Notes under the pieces: model-generated | Seen by the model: the letters and a program-made list of their open reading frames with translations, nothing else | What the model was told of the DNA's origin: nothing | Databases searched by the model: none | Assembly (NCBI GenBank): GCA_027604505.1 | Contig: JADIIX010000020.1 | Coordinates: 124,001 to 188,000, forward strand | Length of the DNA: 64,000 nt | Direction of reading: 5' to 3' | From: Gonapodya sp. JEL0774 | Taxonomy: Eukaryota | Shown: piece by piece, positions 36,807 through 49,207 of the stretch | How positions within the stretch are numbered: the stretch's first letter is position 1 | Layout of the letters: each line of letters begins with the position of its first letter | Position numbers and translations under genes: made by a program

Positions 36807-37212
36807 TTAACCCCACATTAATTTTGTCATATAATACCTGTTCTCGCAAGCGCACAGTGTACCTCGGTCTTTCAATCTACATGATCCACTCCAACTTCCC
36901 GAACCTGTGTTCTTAGATAGGGAACTTAATCTGAATAATGTACATACGATACCTGTTGCACTCACAGAACAATAGGTACATCACAGTTTGAGGTGTTACA
37001 TGCAAATCTTGGTATTTTGATGTCCACGTTCTTCTTGCAAAGCTCGCGATCTTTGACGGCTACTGCTCATTCGTAGGCGTCCAGATGAAAATGATTGTGG
37101 ATGAGCAAAATTTGCAAACACGCACCGATTCCAGCAGTTGAATTTTGAGTTTTTCGCGTTTGATGTGCGAATCTGTAATTGTGAACCGGGATATCAATGT
37201 TGTAAAGTCCAT
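36807..37212 (-). CDS. Candidate 3-exon small hypothetical protein (~92 aa)
   Basis: ATG 37212; introns 37125-37060 (GTGCGT..TAG) and 36965-36905 (GTGAGT..CAG) keep an open frame to TAA 36807; no recognisable homology. Confidence 0.3.
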
Positions 37213-37429
37213 ATCAATCGCGGGCTTCGGGGTCTCATTGTTGACCTCAGTAGACGCCAAATCCAATTACCCGGCGCTCGGAATGTATTCCTCCCCCCTT
37301 GTCCATTTTTTGCGGTGATCACAGCTTATCGCCCACCGGAAGCCAATTCCTGTAAAAGGCTCATCAACCAGTGCGCCATCCTTCTTGTCGGCCGCCCTCC
37401 TTCTTTGCTCTTGAATATTTCCTCGGAAC

Positions 37430-39102
37430 ATGCCCAAACTGTCACCCTTTGGTGAGCGTGCTGTCAGTTTGGCCTTTTTCCGTCACCCTGCTCAATCGAT
37501 TCCTGGTATTTTCTCACAATACGAATCACTGGCTATTTTGATTGTCAACCGTGGACTTTGGGGTTCCAGGTGATGCGGTTGCCGGGTCCGCTGGAGCTGC
37601 CTTCTCGGGTACGGTTGTCTACCCACTGGATGTGTGAGTTTCACGCGTTCTCGCCTTGGTTCATTGATCTCCGTAGTGCTCTGTTCTGATGGTATCTCAT
37701 TCCTCTGTTTCGAAATGTGGTGACGACGGTGACTTGGTTCCGATGCCACGGACATTCCCTCCCTTCACCTGCTTAAAAAATCGCTCGTTGATCATCTTTC
37801 GTCGTCTTCTCGTATTGTGCTATTTCCTGACATCGCACGCTTTGGTTCGGTCCTTCTGTTCTGACTGATGGAATATAACCGTGTTACTCAGGATAAAGAC
37901 TCGTCTTCAAGTGCAGTCACGGCACATGGCCCATCTTGCCAGTCACCAGCACTATTCGTCGGCTTGGGATGCGTTCTGGAAGATTCTGGAGCAAGAAGGT
38001 GTCACTGGTCTCTATGTCGGGATTGGCAGCGGGATCATGGGCACAATTCTCCAGAACTTCGCTTACTTCTACTGTTACTCTCTCATCAGAGGGACCTACC
38101 AAAGGAGAAATCCAGGAACACTCGGTACCTTCACGGAGCTTGGACTTGGTGCTGCTGCTGGGGCCTTGACACAAATGTTTACACTGCCAATTGCGGTTGT
38201 GAACACAAGGTGGGGGGAAGGGTCGATCGCCGTCGCGAATATCTTAGCAGTCGGCTTTTGAAACTCAATTTCTGTCTTCATTTGATCAGGCAACAAACAG
38301 CGTCTAAGAAGGAAGCGAAAACGTTCTTCCAAACAATGTGGGATATCATTCGGGTGGACGGATACCAGGGATTGTGGAAGGGTGAGCTTCAGAATCACTT
38401 CAATCAATGCTCGCCGCATTCCATCGGCCTTTTGAAAACTCCCCTCCTATCTGTGTTTTCTCTCTGTCGCGTTTGTCTCCAGGCCTCACTCCTTCCCTAA
38501 TTCTCACCGTCAATCCCGCAATCACCTACGGCGTCTTCGAGCGTCTCAAAGCTTACCTTCTCCTCACTCGCCCGCGCAAAGGAAACGCCCTCGGCTCTGG
38601 TGAAATCTTCGCCATTGGAGCAATTTCTAAAACACTCGCGACGGTCGTCACCTTCCCTTACATCTTGGCAAAGGTTAAGCTTCAATGGAAGCCACCTAAA
38701 GAGCTGGTTGAGTCTGGCAACAAGGAGCAAATTGAAAAACTCCAGTACAAGAGCAGCTTAGATGTTTTGCGGAAGGTCTACGAGAGTGATGGTGTCTTGG
38801 GTTGGTACAAGGTGGGTTGGTCCTCGTCCCCAGCCATAGTTTTGATCTCCGATCCGAACTTCGAACTATGACCATTTCTTAAATAAAGGGTATGAACGCA
38901 CAAATATACAAGGCTGTCCTCAACCAAGCTATTCTTTTCGTAACAAAGGAGCAGGTGAGCATTTCGGAGCAACTGAACTCCGCACTCGAATCAATACTCA
39001 ACAATGCCATTTTGTACCCGAAAGTTCTCTTTGTACATATTCGCGTTGTTCCAGTTGATTGCGAAGCTGCAGGCGGATTTAAAAGTTAAGCAAAGAGGTT
39101 GA
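37430..39102 (+). CDS. ANT1: Peroxisomal adenine nucleotide carrier (SLC25, Ant1/PMP47-like)
   Basis: DAVAGSAG..VVYPLDV|IKTRLQVQ; QNFAYFYCY; ELGLGAAAGALTQMFTLPIAVVNTRQQT; SLILTVNPAITYGVFERLK; SKTLATVVTFPYILAKVKLQ; QIYKAVLNQAILF. Confidence 0.88.
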
Positions 39103-39238
39103 CGTTGATTGTACGGGAGAATTACAACTACACGCATATTGGTGTTAGATTCAGTGGAATGTTTTGCATAGATGCTAAGTCTCAAAACAAATGCAATCAT
39201 ATATACAATGTCGTGATGAGGACGCCGCATACTTGAAG

Positions 39239-42200
39239 CTATCGTGCGGCGGCCGACCATCCCTCTTCAACATCAAAAAATTCCCGAAATCTCGCATCTT
39301 GCCTCAACACATCGTCATCGGCAATAGTGTAATAAGCGTGAAGCAGGAGATTAGGAAAGCGAGAGGTGAAGTACTGCAAGAATCCCTCAGGAAGTGCTCC
39401 CAAAGCCCTCTGAACGTGCTCGGGAAGATCTTGGTAGTGGTGCTTCTGTATGCATGAGGTGATCGCGTTTTAGCATTCCAACACAGTCCCATGGCCGACA
39501 CAGACGAGTCTGACCTTGTTTCTAAGGGCTCGGAGAAGGTCTCTTATGGACGAACCATCATATTTGCGGTACTTTCCCAGATTTTCGACCAAATATCGAT
39601 CGATTCTCTTGTACCAGTCGTTGCCCACAACCTGTGGGGCACGGGACTCCAATTTCTGCAGAAGAGGTGTCGGCGGGAACTTCTCCTCGATCTCAAAGCG
39701 GTCTGAAACCTCCTGCAGAAATGCAAGACGTTTCGAGGGCGTCCAAAAGTACGGGTGAGTGATGACTTGGGCGGCAGTGGGGCTTCAGGGGTAATTAGGC
39801 GACGTAAGTTTTATTGCCCTCAAAGCTCAGGGAGATTCAAAATCCCGAACCTACCGCTCCGCAGGGCGCAGTCGAATCATCCTCTCAATGAGGTCCATGG
39901 CCTCGACACCCTCTTCACCCATTCCATCCAGTCTCGAAACAGAGTAGTTCCCCTTTAAGATGTTCCCCTCGCGCAAGTACCGGTCTCCGAAAGGATGATC
40001 TCCATCCGTAAGAACGTAGTAAAACACGCAACCGGCCGAAAAGATATCAACTGCCTTAGTAATACGTCGCCCACTATCAAGCACGGGCTTAGTGTTACTT
40101 GATTCATTTGAAGAGTGGGAATCATCCTCGGGAGCGACCGGGGTACCAGTATCTGGGGCTATGCATTCAGGAGCTCGCCAGCCAATCGTCCCACCAGAGC
40201 CGTTGAGTGTGTTATGAAACGAGGATTGGTTGTCGTCCAGCCTTTTGGAAAGACCAAAGTCGGAGATGAGAATGCGGGGAGGGATCTTCGCGGGGTGAGA
40301 TGATATCAAGATATTCTGTCCATTCGTAGGTGGCGATCGTATCAGAGACAGGCATTTACGGTAGATTTCGCACCACCCCTCGAGCAGAACCAACTCCCAC
40401 CTGCGGCTTTATGTCCCGGTGCACAATCTTCAGGGAATGCAAGTACCCTATCCCAGAAACAATCTGCCTCAGTATTCTTTGTGGCTCCATCCTCTTCTTC
40501 AACTCCACTAGCTCGTTCTTTCTATCTGCAATACTCCGCTTGGCCACACTCCCCGGTCCCGAAACTACCAATCCCGCAACCACTTCAGGTCTCATCTCCA
40601 CCACATCGTACAAGCTCGCGGGGCACAATTCAAGTGCTAAATAGAGAAACTTGTCTGATTTCTCCATTGCGAAGTACCGCACAACGTTGGGGTGGCGGTC
40701 TGATTCGCGGAGAAGATCCAATTCCCGGTCTGCAGCCGAATAAAAATCTACGAGGAGTCTTTTCACAGCGCAAGGGTGGCCCTGGAAGGCACCAAGGAGA
40801 ACGACGGTGCCATGCGATCCAAGACCAAGAATGGTATCAGTAACGGTGATGGAATTGAGTGTGAGTGTATGCGGGGTGGTCGGGTGGTGAACATTGGTCA
40901 CCACAGTGTTTGAGATTTGGGGGAGTACTGTGATGGCTGGTGGAGGAGAGCTCGGCTTACCGGGCGAGCTGGAATCTGACCTCGAAGTAGAACTCGAAAC
41001 AGCCGAGATGGAATTAGAAGCCAGTGCTGGCTGCAGAACCTCTCCAGTACCCTCGACCTGTCCGTCAGTTTTTGCAATCATCTCCACCCCTTCAGTCTTG
41101 CCCTCCTTTCCTTTTCCATGCCTCGGCCTCCTTCTCCTCTTTCCCACCGTCAAACCAACACCACCCTCCTTCTCCTCCCCATCTTCCACGTCGTCCCTCG
41201 CTCCACCTGCTCCTCGAGCACGAGACCAAATCATCCGTTTTCCCATCCCTGCCCGACCAGCCAAAAACCCCGCTACCCCAACTACCATCGCAACGGTCGC
41301 AACCATGATCCCTTTACCAGCCCACTCCCCTGCACTCTCCCACACACCTCCCTCTCGAGAGTTAGTTCCCACTTTACGACCGCCTTGCCCCGCCGGCAAC
41401 AACCTCCCCTCGTCACTGATGCCCAATCCCCCATTTCCGTATCCGGTAGTCGCAACGGGTGATCCATCTGGCGCCATCAACGGCGGCGCCACATCGTACG
41501 AGAGAACCAGACCTGCGAGGCAGGCGGGGTACGTGGGGGACGCGGGAATGCAGGGCTCAGATACTGTAGCGGTGAAGTTTGCGAAGAGAGACAATACGGG
41601 GCCGACAGAAGGGGTCGAGGGCGATGGTGCAGGAGCCGCCGTCGTTGAAGCCATCAGTGGTCGGTCGATATCTTTGTCCGAGTCGTCGTCTCCGTGGTCC
41701 AGCACCCCAATTCCTTTTCCCCCACTGTATTCATCCACGTCCTCATATGTTTCCTCCCCAGCGCGCAACACCATCTGCTCCTTTTCTGACCCATCATCCG
41801 CGCTCACACCCCCCCGCTCGCCACCGTACCCGACCCGACCCACCTCCCCCACATGGGTTCCCCCTCCCAACACAAACAAGGACCCGTTATGCATCCCCAC
41901 GAACGCTTGTCGGGGCACTTGTGGACCAGAGTCTGGTTCCGGATTCGCAGGATGGCGAGGAAAAACCTGACGGAGAGCGTAACGGGGCCCGTAATAGGAC
42001 GGGTACGCGACAAGTGAGAAGGAGGATACAGCAGGAGTGGGGAGCTGAATGGTGTGGAGTGTATCTAAGAGAGGTTGGTGAGGGGGAACAGAGTGCACAT
42101 GAACACCATAAGGTCCATGGCGGGTGCGTGTATGTGGAATGAATCCATCAGCACGAACAGTGGTTCCCACACAACCATGCGCCAAACCCAGCCGCAAAGT

Positions 42201-44244
42201 AAGGACCCTCCTCCAACTTACCTGTACGCTTATCTCTCACAGCGACCCGCCCATCCATTCCCGCAACCACCTCCACATCCTCATCGTGGCCCTCTGGCCC
42301 TCCCTCTGAGTCACCGTGTCCCCCGTACCCATCCCCACTCCCACTCCCGCTCCCACTCCCAACGCCATCACTTCCCGAAAACTCTACATACCTCACCTCC
42401 CACCCTCGACCCCCCGAGATTGCATCGACCCGTACCAAATACTCTGTGCGGCCGACAAACACGGTGGGGCGAACACCCTCCTTCCCGCTCTCGTCCCCGT
42501 CCCCGTTCGAGTCCCCATCGGCGTCAGCTGGGCACGTCAAGTCCACGTCGACTCCATAGGTGCGTACAAGGCGTCCCGAAAAGGGGTTGAGGTGCAACAG
42601 CGAGGTGCGACGAAGGGCCGTGTGGAGAGTTCCCGACGGACTGAGGAGGGGGGGGGAGGTGGAGAGGTGGGGGATGGGGAGCGGGAGTTTCTAACCAGGT
42701 ACAAGGCGTTGGGGTGGGATATGAATGGTACGAGGTGGATGAGCTCGGGTGTTGGTGACGGTATCCACACGCACGAAATCCCGTTCGAAAAGCAGCACGA
42801 TTGAGAGCGCAGTTGCCGATCTGACGCGAGTGAACAATGTTCCACCGCAAAAGAAAACCGCCCCGTTTCACTCATTGCTACATCTCCGCCTCGGCGCATC
42901 TCACGCTGTCTCTGTTGCTTGACTTCACACACACACCCCAGACACCCCGCCACCAAACGTCGCCTCTTTAAACCTCCAACCTCCAATCTCGCCACCGCAA
43001 ACAATCAAAAAACCTACCGTCATCCCCCCACCGGTCCTGTACACGAACAAGTTTCCACCGACGGGGTCGGGGATGTACACTTCGTCATCTGCCCGAGCAT
43101 CCTGGTCAGCTGTGGGATCTGGGATGAGGGCGTGCGAGGAGGAGAGCTCCGGGTTGGAAGGCAATTCGTCGTCCCAATCGGAGGAGGTGGGAGAATCAAA
43201 TGTAGCATCATCTGTGAGCACGGTTTCAGTGTCCCTAAAAACACGGGAAGACTTGGATCCACCACGAGGCTTTCGTGCAGGGGGAGTTGCCGGGGAAGGG
43301 GTGTATGCACGCGCAGCGACAACGGGCCCACCTGCATCGAGGGACCACAAGAGTTTCCCCGACTGCGTGTCGACACCATGGAGCGACCCATCGAGAGATG
43401 CAATAATGAGGAGGTCGGTTCGGGTGGGGTGTTGGTGGGGAGCGGGGAGTCGCCGTCGGAGGCGGGGAGAGTTCGTTATGGGTTTCGGGGGGGAAAGGAA
43501 TGCGAGCTCTTTTGAAGGGGTGGGTGGAGTAGAGTTGGCGGGACAGGACGGGTCAGTAGGGTGGCAGGAGGGGAGAGTCGCGTGTGAGCTGGTGCGGGTT
43601 GGTACGGAGACGAGAGCGAGTGTGGTGGAGTGTGGTGGGGAATGCAGGAGGGAGCGGATCCCGGTTTGGCGTGGCGCAGGGGATGCGGAGGCAAAAGGGC
43701 TCGGCGCGAGATGCGATGGACCGGGTGAGGCGGACCGAGGTTGGGGAGGATGATGGAGTGAGGGGACGTTCGAGTGCTGATTCCTGAGAACAAGAACCGG
43801 GTCGAGTGCCCCGTTACGAGCGTCCTTTGGCAAATTGAGCGATTCCTGGCTAATGAAGAATCCCTGATGCGATGGCGTTGGAGCGGGGGGCGACTGGAGG
43901 TAGAGAATGGCGACTAGCACGGGAAGCAGCACCCCGATGATTGCAGGCAGCCAGTAGGCGGCGTAGGCCAGAGCCCACGCAGGTAGTAGGCGAGACAGAA
44001 TAGAGTGCAAAAACGGCTTGTTTTTGCGGGGAATCTGGGGAGGCGGCGGTATCTTTCTGAGTGTTGCCTGGGGAGAGTGTGTGCTCTGCCTCTGCGTCTG
44101 GGACACGGCCACTCCATGCACAGGGAAGAGCAGTGAGACATCTCCAGGTGCTGCTTCGCTCGTCCGCTTCATTGAAGCATCAGCTTTTCCCTCACGTGTA
44201 GTATCCTGGGAGTGGGACCTTTTGTCAAGGGCGGCTTGTTCCAT
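39239..44244 (-). CDS. IRE1: IRE1 ER-stress sensor kinase/endoribonuclease
   Basis: Lumenal [50 protein letters not shown] segment; kinase [56 protein letters not shown] RNase [32 protein letters not shown]. Confidence 0.95.
42335..42360. repeat. (CCACTC)n tandem repeat encoding a GSGSGSGSG linker in the IRE1 lumenal domain
   Basis: ccactc ccactc ccgctc ccactc read directly. Confidence 0.7.
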
Positions 44245-44693
44245 CGTCTATGTAAGCAAAACTTGACGGGTTCTAGCGCCAAGGCTATCTCTGCAAAGCA
44301 TTCCATTCACTTGGGCAGAGCCGCAGTGAAATGACTCGCAATTTGAAATGCCACGAGCTCCGAGCTGCACCAGATATTCGGAGTCAGAACAGGAACAGGT
44401 TGGAAAATTGCAGCGACCCAAACGCCCAAGTGAGATAAAATACACCCGATTGTTTGCGACTGCGATTCCAGTTATGTCGACAAGGCGAATGCAGCTCGTT
44501 CACAGTGTTCTACCGAGGTAACCTGTGAACTGCTTGGTGGCCACAGGTCACTACATATTTATCACACCTTCCACACGGAAATAAAACACATAATTGGAAC
44601 GGAGCAAGCAAATCTTCTGTTTCTAAGATTGATTTTGTTTTTGCTTGCACTCGGGTACTTGTCTATCTTGTATGCCAACGGACCTCCAACTAC

Positions 44694-46151
44694 TTAGTGA
44701 GGCTATATCCGAGATGAAGGTTTTTGAATAAGGGAAATAGAACACCAATCAGTAACATCATCTCAGTCCACGCCGCCATAATCCACCGCGACAAAGCAAA
44801 GCCTACTCCGTGTCTCCCGCAATCAAAAGGAGACACTTTCCAATCTCTCAAACCACTCACCTTCGGCTTGTACCCATCGACCGCCATATTCCGTGTTGCA
44901 CTCGGCAAGGTACACTCCATGCCGCTTAATTCCGAACTCAGTTTTATCTGACACCCCAGACGAGACCTTTGTAGGAGGCAACACCATCACAACGTACATA
45001 CACGGGAGAGTGGTGATTGCCATGATGGTGACGGTGGGCGGTCACAATGTATCGAGATTTTAATCGATTTGAGGAGTTCAGTCAGAGAACGGTTATTGGT
45101 GGCGTGAAGACTCACGCCCAGGTAACCCCAAACCACCACTCACGTCTCCGTCAACCCAAACGCCAAATCTAACATATCATTTTCCTCATCCGACGGCTCA
45201 TCCAAAGTATCAAACACGTCGGGCGAGAGGATCACGTGGCACGTGGAACACGCTGATTCATGGGTATGGAGGGTAATGCGACCACCAGAAAATCCCCATT
45301 TCCGGATAGCACGAGGCCACGCAGGACAACACCAGCAAGCACAAACAGCAAACAAACGAGCATGAACATTGTCAGTTCCCACCGCTGACGGCCCCATTCA
45401 CAACGCGGCCAACGACGCGACATACCGCACGATCCTTCACATGCCCCCTCCAAATCCACATCGTTCGCGTGCGCGACATCCAGCACCGTCTGACCAGGCT
45501 TCCCCCAGCACTCGATACTGTCTCCCTCGGGTGTGTGGAAAGTGATTTTGATGCTGTGGTGTCACCGGCGATGTTGGTCTGAAGTCATCAACTGTCACAA
45601 CCACAAGGAGAAATAGAAAATCAACACTCACCCATTGCCTGGCGAGCCTTTCTCATCATCACCATGCCTCGCCACTACCATCCATAGGTAAAAGCCCCCG
45701 GGGACACATACAGAGCGATTGTCTTCACCTCACCCGGCCCATACTCGGTCTTAACACCAAACTCACCACACGACGCCGCAAACCCCCTCTTCCGGTATCC
45801 AAAGTCCGTTATAATCCGTGTGCCGCACTGAAACCCCGTCCCATGGTGCCCCCGTGCCAGTCCACGTTCTCTCCACGAAGACGTCACCACCAATCCCATA
45901 CTCGACAGGCACCTGACCATGTGGCAGGATCGCCATGGCTCCCACGTATCTGTACACCGTGTAATCGCTCGCACCGATTTCCATCGGTACAAACCCCTCC
46001 TCTCGATCTCCCTCGATCCCCGATTCCTCGCTGTTATCCGATTCAATATCCCCCCACCCGACGGTCCGCAAACCACGTGGAAATGTCGCTGTTGAGGCAG
46101 CACGATGGTTCCTAAAGCAGCACGGAGTGATGAGAGGGGCGACAAGAACAT
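44694..46151 (-). CDS. YAH1: Mitochondrial [2Fe-2S] ferredoxin (adrenodoxin/Yah1-like)
   Basis: Presequence [12 protein letters not shown]...[68 protein letters not shown]. Confidence 0.92.
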
Positions 46152-46524
46152 GTGGGTTAGAAATGTAAGAAGTCATTGAGGGTCCGATATCGCGACTTCC
46201 ACACATAATTTGGCACAAGAAGATCCGCTTCGGAAGAACGGATTAGAGCAATGCTGTAATTCCATTGAAAATTATAAAGCCTTTTGCCCCAAGAGGTGTT
46301 TACAATTCGCCCCCCTCCCCCCATGCATTGAACAGGGTCAGAAAAACGCATCGTTCGATATTCCAACAGCAACACAAGACAATTTGATATCATCTCTCTA
46401 ATTCTCCAACATGCTAATCAGTTGTACTCTGCAAATTGGAGTCACCTTCACAGCGCTGCCCCTTCCGTCGGTCACTCTTATTCAACTCTTCATGCTCACT
46501 CCCATCGTCATCCCAAACTCGTTC

Positions 46525-47732
46525 TCAGATATTCCCAGCGGGCACAGGTGGCATCCTCGTCTTTGGTGGCATTCTCTTCATTCTTCGAACAATCTCCGCA
46601 CGGTACTCTTCTTCCGTAGCAAAGTCTTCTCCTCCCGTGCTTCCCGTGCCTTCTTCTACCTTCACGTCCATCCGGGAGTGAACTCGAGGCATTCTCGCCG
46701 GGCCAGCGGCAGCACCTTCACCGTGAGCGTGTCCCACGTCCTCACCGCCTTCCCCTTCAAAGTCCTCCTTGTGCTGCTCGGCCCACCGTTTGTTATCCAG
46801 CTCCAACCGCCTCTGCAATGCGATGTTCCCCATCTCTTGATCCACAAGCTCAATGTCCGATACCGCTTTGGGTCGCACTGAATTGGTCCAGTCTTCAACG
46901 CGAATGACGAGAGGTGCAGCAGGACCTGGAGATGCTTGGGTCGCCGTTCGTGATGGGGTTGCCAGATCGGGTGTGGAGGGCGCATTCGATGCGGATGTCG
47001 GGCCAGAAGGTCCGGAAGCAGAGGCAGAACTAAAGACGAAAGTGGACGCTCCAAGGGGCTCGAGTGCGCTGGAGGGCATATCGTTGTCCGTGTGACCAGC
47101 ATCAAGTTCGAATGTGTCAAGGTCGAGTTCCGCAAAGCGCTGGACAAAGTCGTCCGAAAGGACTCGGTAGTTTGGGCCCGCTTCACGGGCTTCAGGAGGG
47201 TGGAGGGTTGACGGCACGGCAGAATAGGTCAATTGTGGCCATGGTTCGAGCAAAGCGAGAATAGTGATGCCACATACTCTGAACCCAACCAATGGGTGGG
47301 CTGCCTGGTGGAGAAATGAGCCAATTTCGTTCGTTCTCGGGGACTTGCAGGCTGTCTCCGGAGAGGGAGTCCGGGTTTATGTGCTAAGGCGTGAGGGAAC
47401 TGACTGTTCGGCAAAAGCCCGAATCAATAGCAAGATTGCGGAACAGTTACCTCCCCATAGTAGACTTTGCCAGTAAAACTCTTTTCTCTCTCCAGAAAGA
47501 TTCGTGCTCGCATAGCTTGCTCCGTAGCCTCGTACACAACCAGCATACGTCCAAATGACTTCAAAGGATACAGTCCAAAAATAGTTCCGCCGCCACCCCA
47601 ACGCTCTATCAGCGCCCGCAGCTGTTCCACTGAATTGAGAAACAGGTCAGGCGGGAGCTTGGCGAGGATGAGGGTGTTGGAAGCGATAGGAGCGGGTGAT
47701 TCGGGATGCGAAATATCGGCGACACTGGTCAT
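46525..47732 (-). CDS. RCN1: Calcipressin / regulator of calcineurin (RCAN/Rcn1)
   Basis: RRM-like NTLIL..PLKSFGRMLVVY; LQVP followed by WLISPPGSPPIGW (RCAN SP-repeat); PxIxIT-like PLVIRVE; C-terminal PKTRMPP. Confidence 0.88.
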
Positions 47733-49207
47733 GTCTGAGTCCTGGAGCGAACAAGAGCAGGGTGATGGATGTAGCGTGAGCTCGGCAACACAAGTTTCGT
47801 GTGTTTCGGATCGTACCGTGTCCGATTCCATCGAGTAGTTGGGGGGGATAGGGGGTTTCTGGGTGTAGCTCTGGCCACCAACAGTCTTCAAGTTGGTCCG
47901 AAAGTTTTGGAACCAGGCCAGGCTCTCGCGTTTACATATGAATTTCCCCACGCTGGATAATCAAACGAGGAAATTGCCATATCTAAGAAGTATTTATGGA
48001 TCGCATTCTCTTTGAATTTCTCGTTTATTGCTGTCGTCTCTATTTAAATACAAGCTTTCGGAGTTTGATGGGAGGCTCACAACTAGGCCACCTTTTGTGT
48101 ACACAACTCGGGTGATAATCAGAGGGATCTTTACACCGAGATACCGGTAGTCGGCAGAAAGTGACGTGTCCTCGGGAGCTGTATGAATCCATTTACATTA
48201 CCCGCGAACAGAAATTTATTCGATAATTCCTCGCGTGGATCGGTGCACTTTTCGTTATATTTCCGAAGTCCTAAACTCACAGAGATGTGTTATATGTTTC
48301 TCTGTGGGGGACACATAGTCTTGAGAACCACACTGGTACGGAGTTATCGGTGCCCAGCTGCACCGTGCACCTGACCCAGAACTCTCGTTATATTAACACA
48401 CACCAAACCCCATCCACAATGAACCTGGGCACAAAACGCAGTGGTGCTATACAGAAGAGGATTGCTCGGGGGCCATCAGCGTGGAATAGAGACAGTGTGG
48501 AACAACCCTACTTTTGTGGTGCAGCAAGGCACAGCATCCAAAGCACATTTCTGGAGACTCAACTGATTGCTCGTTCTAGAGCAGCGGAGAGCTCCACAGA
48601 TGATTGATTTCGCTTGTTCTAAGTATGATGGTTACGGTTCCAGCTTCGACAACGTCTCATTCGCGAAGCTGGCGTTGCTGCCATACTCTGGTGTAATCAC
48701 CCTTAATAGCATCTCCAGGGGCCCTGCGCGAATTCAAGGCAGCTGATTGAATAAAATCAGTTCCAGACTACTTCTGTGGCGTCTTTTGGGTGGCATTTGG
48801 GCAGTAAAACTCGCAATCGAGCCGATTTTCATTTGTCTTGAGCCCCAAACAACTGCAAAATTTAAGACTGACTATTGATGATATTCAAGCCTCTAAACTG
48901 ATTGAAACTGACAATTTACATGGCCGGTTAAATTTTTCGGAGAAGTTGAGTTGTACCAGCCTGTGTGGAATCTGGGCGGCTGTGGGCTGGTACCCGCAGG
49001 GGATACACGCTTGATCCTTTTTAACCACTGTTCCGGTCATGCACGCGGAGCAACTGTAGCACACAAGCAAGGTTTTTGCAGGAAGTTCAGATCTCCGGGT
49101 GCAGATTAGTTTATTTGTTACCATGGTCGGTCAACTCCCGACTTTGTCTTGTCTGCGTTCTTGGGATCTGTCGCCAGAGTCTCCTTTCCTGCCACTCTTT
49201 GACAACA

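Noticed and set aside
40894..41970. 358-aa plus-strand ORF, and similar ORFs at 43073-43753, 56723-57655 and 28039-28668
   Set aside because: Antisense shadows of IRE1, PEX5 and C2CD5 coding exons; low complexity, no motifs
47563..47571. Perfect U12-type 5' splice site GTATCCTTT on the minus strand
   Set aside because: Lies within the RCAN coding motif LYPLKSFGR and the frame is continuous; a similar hit near 11769-11776 is inside CFAP65 coding sequence (GSILVH)
48287..48607. 106-aa ORF in the large intergenic gap
   Set aside because: No recognisable domain and no supporting splice structure
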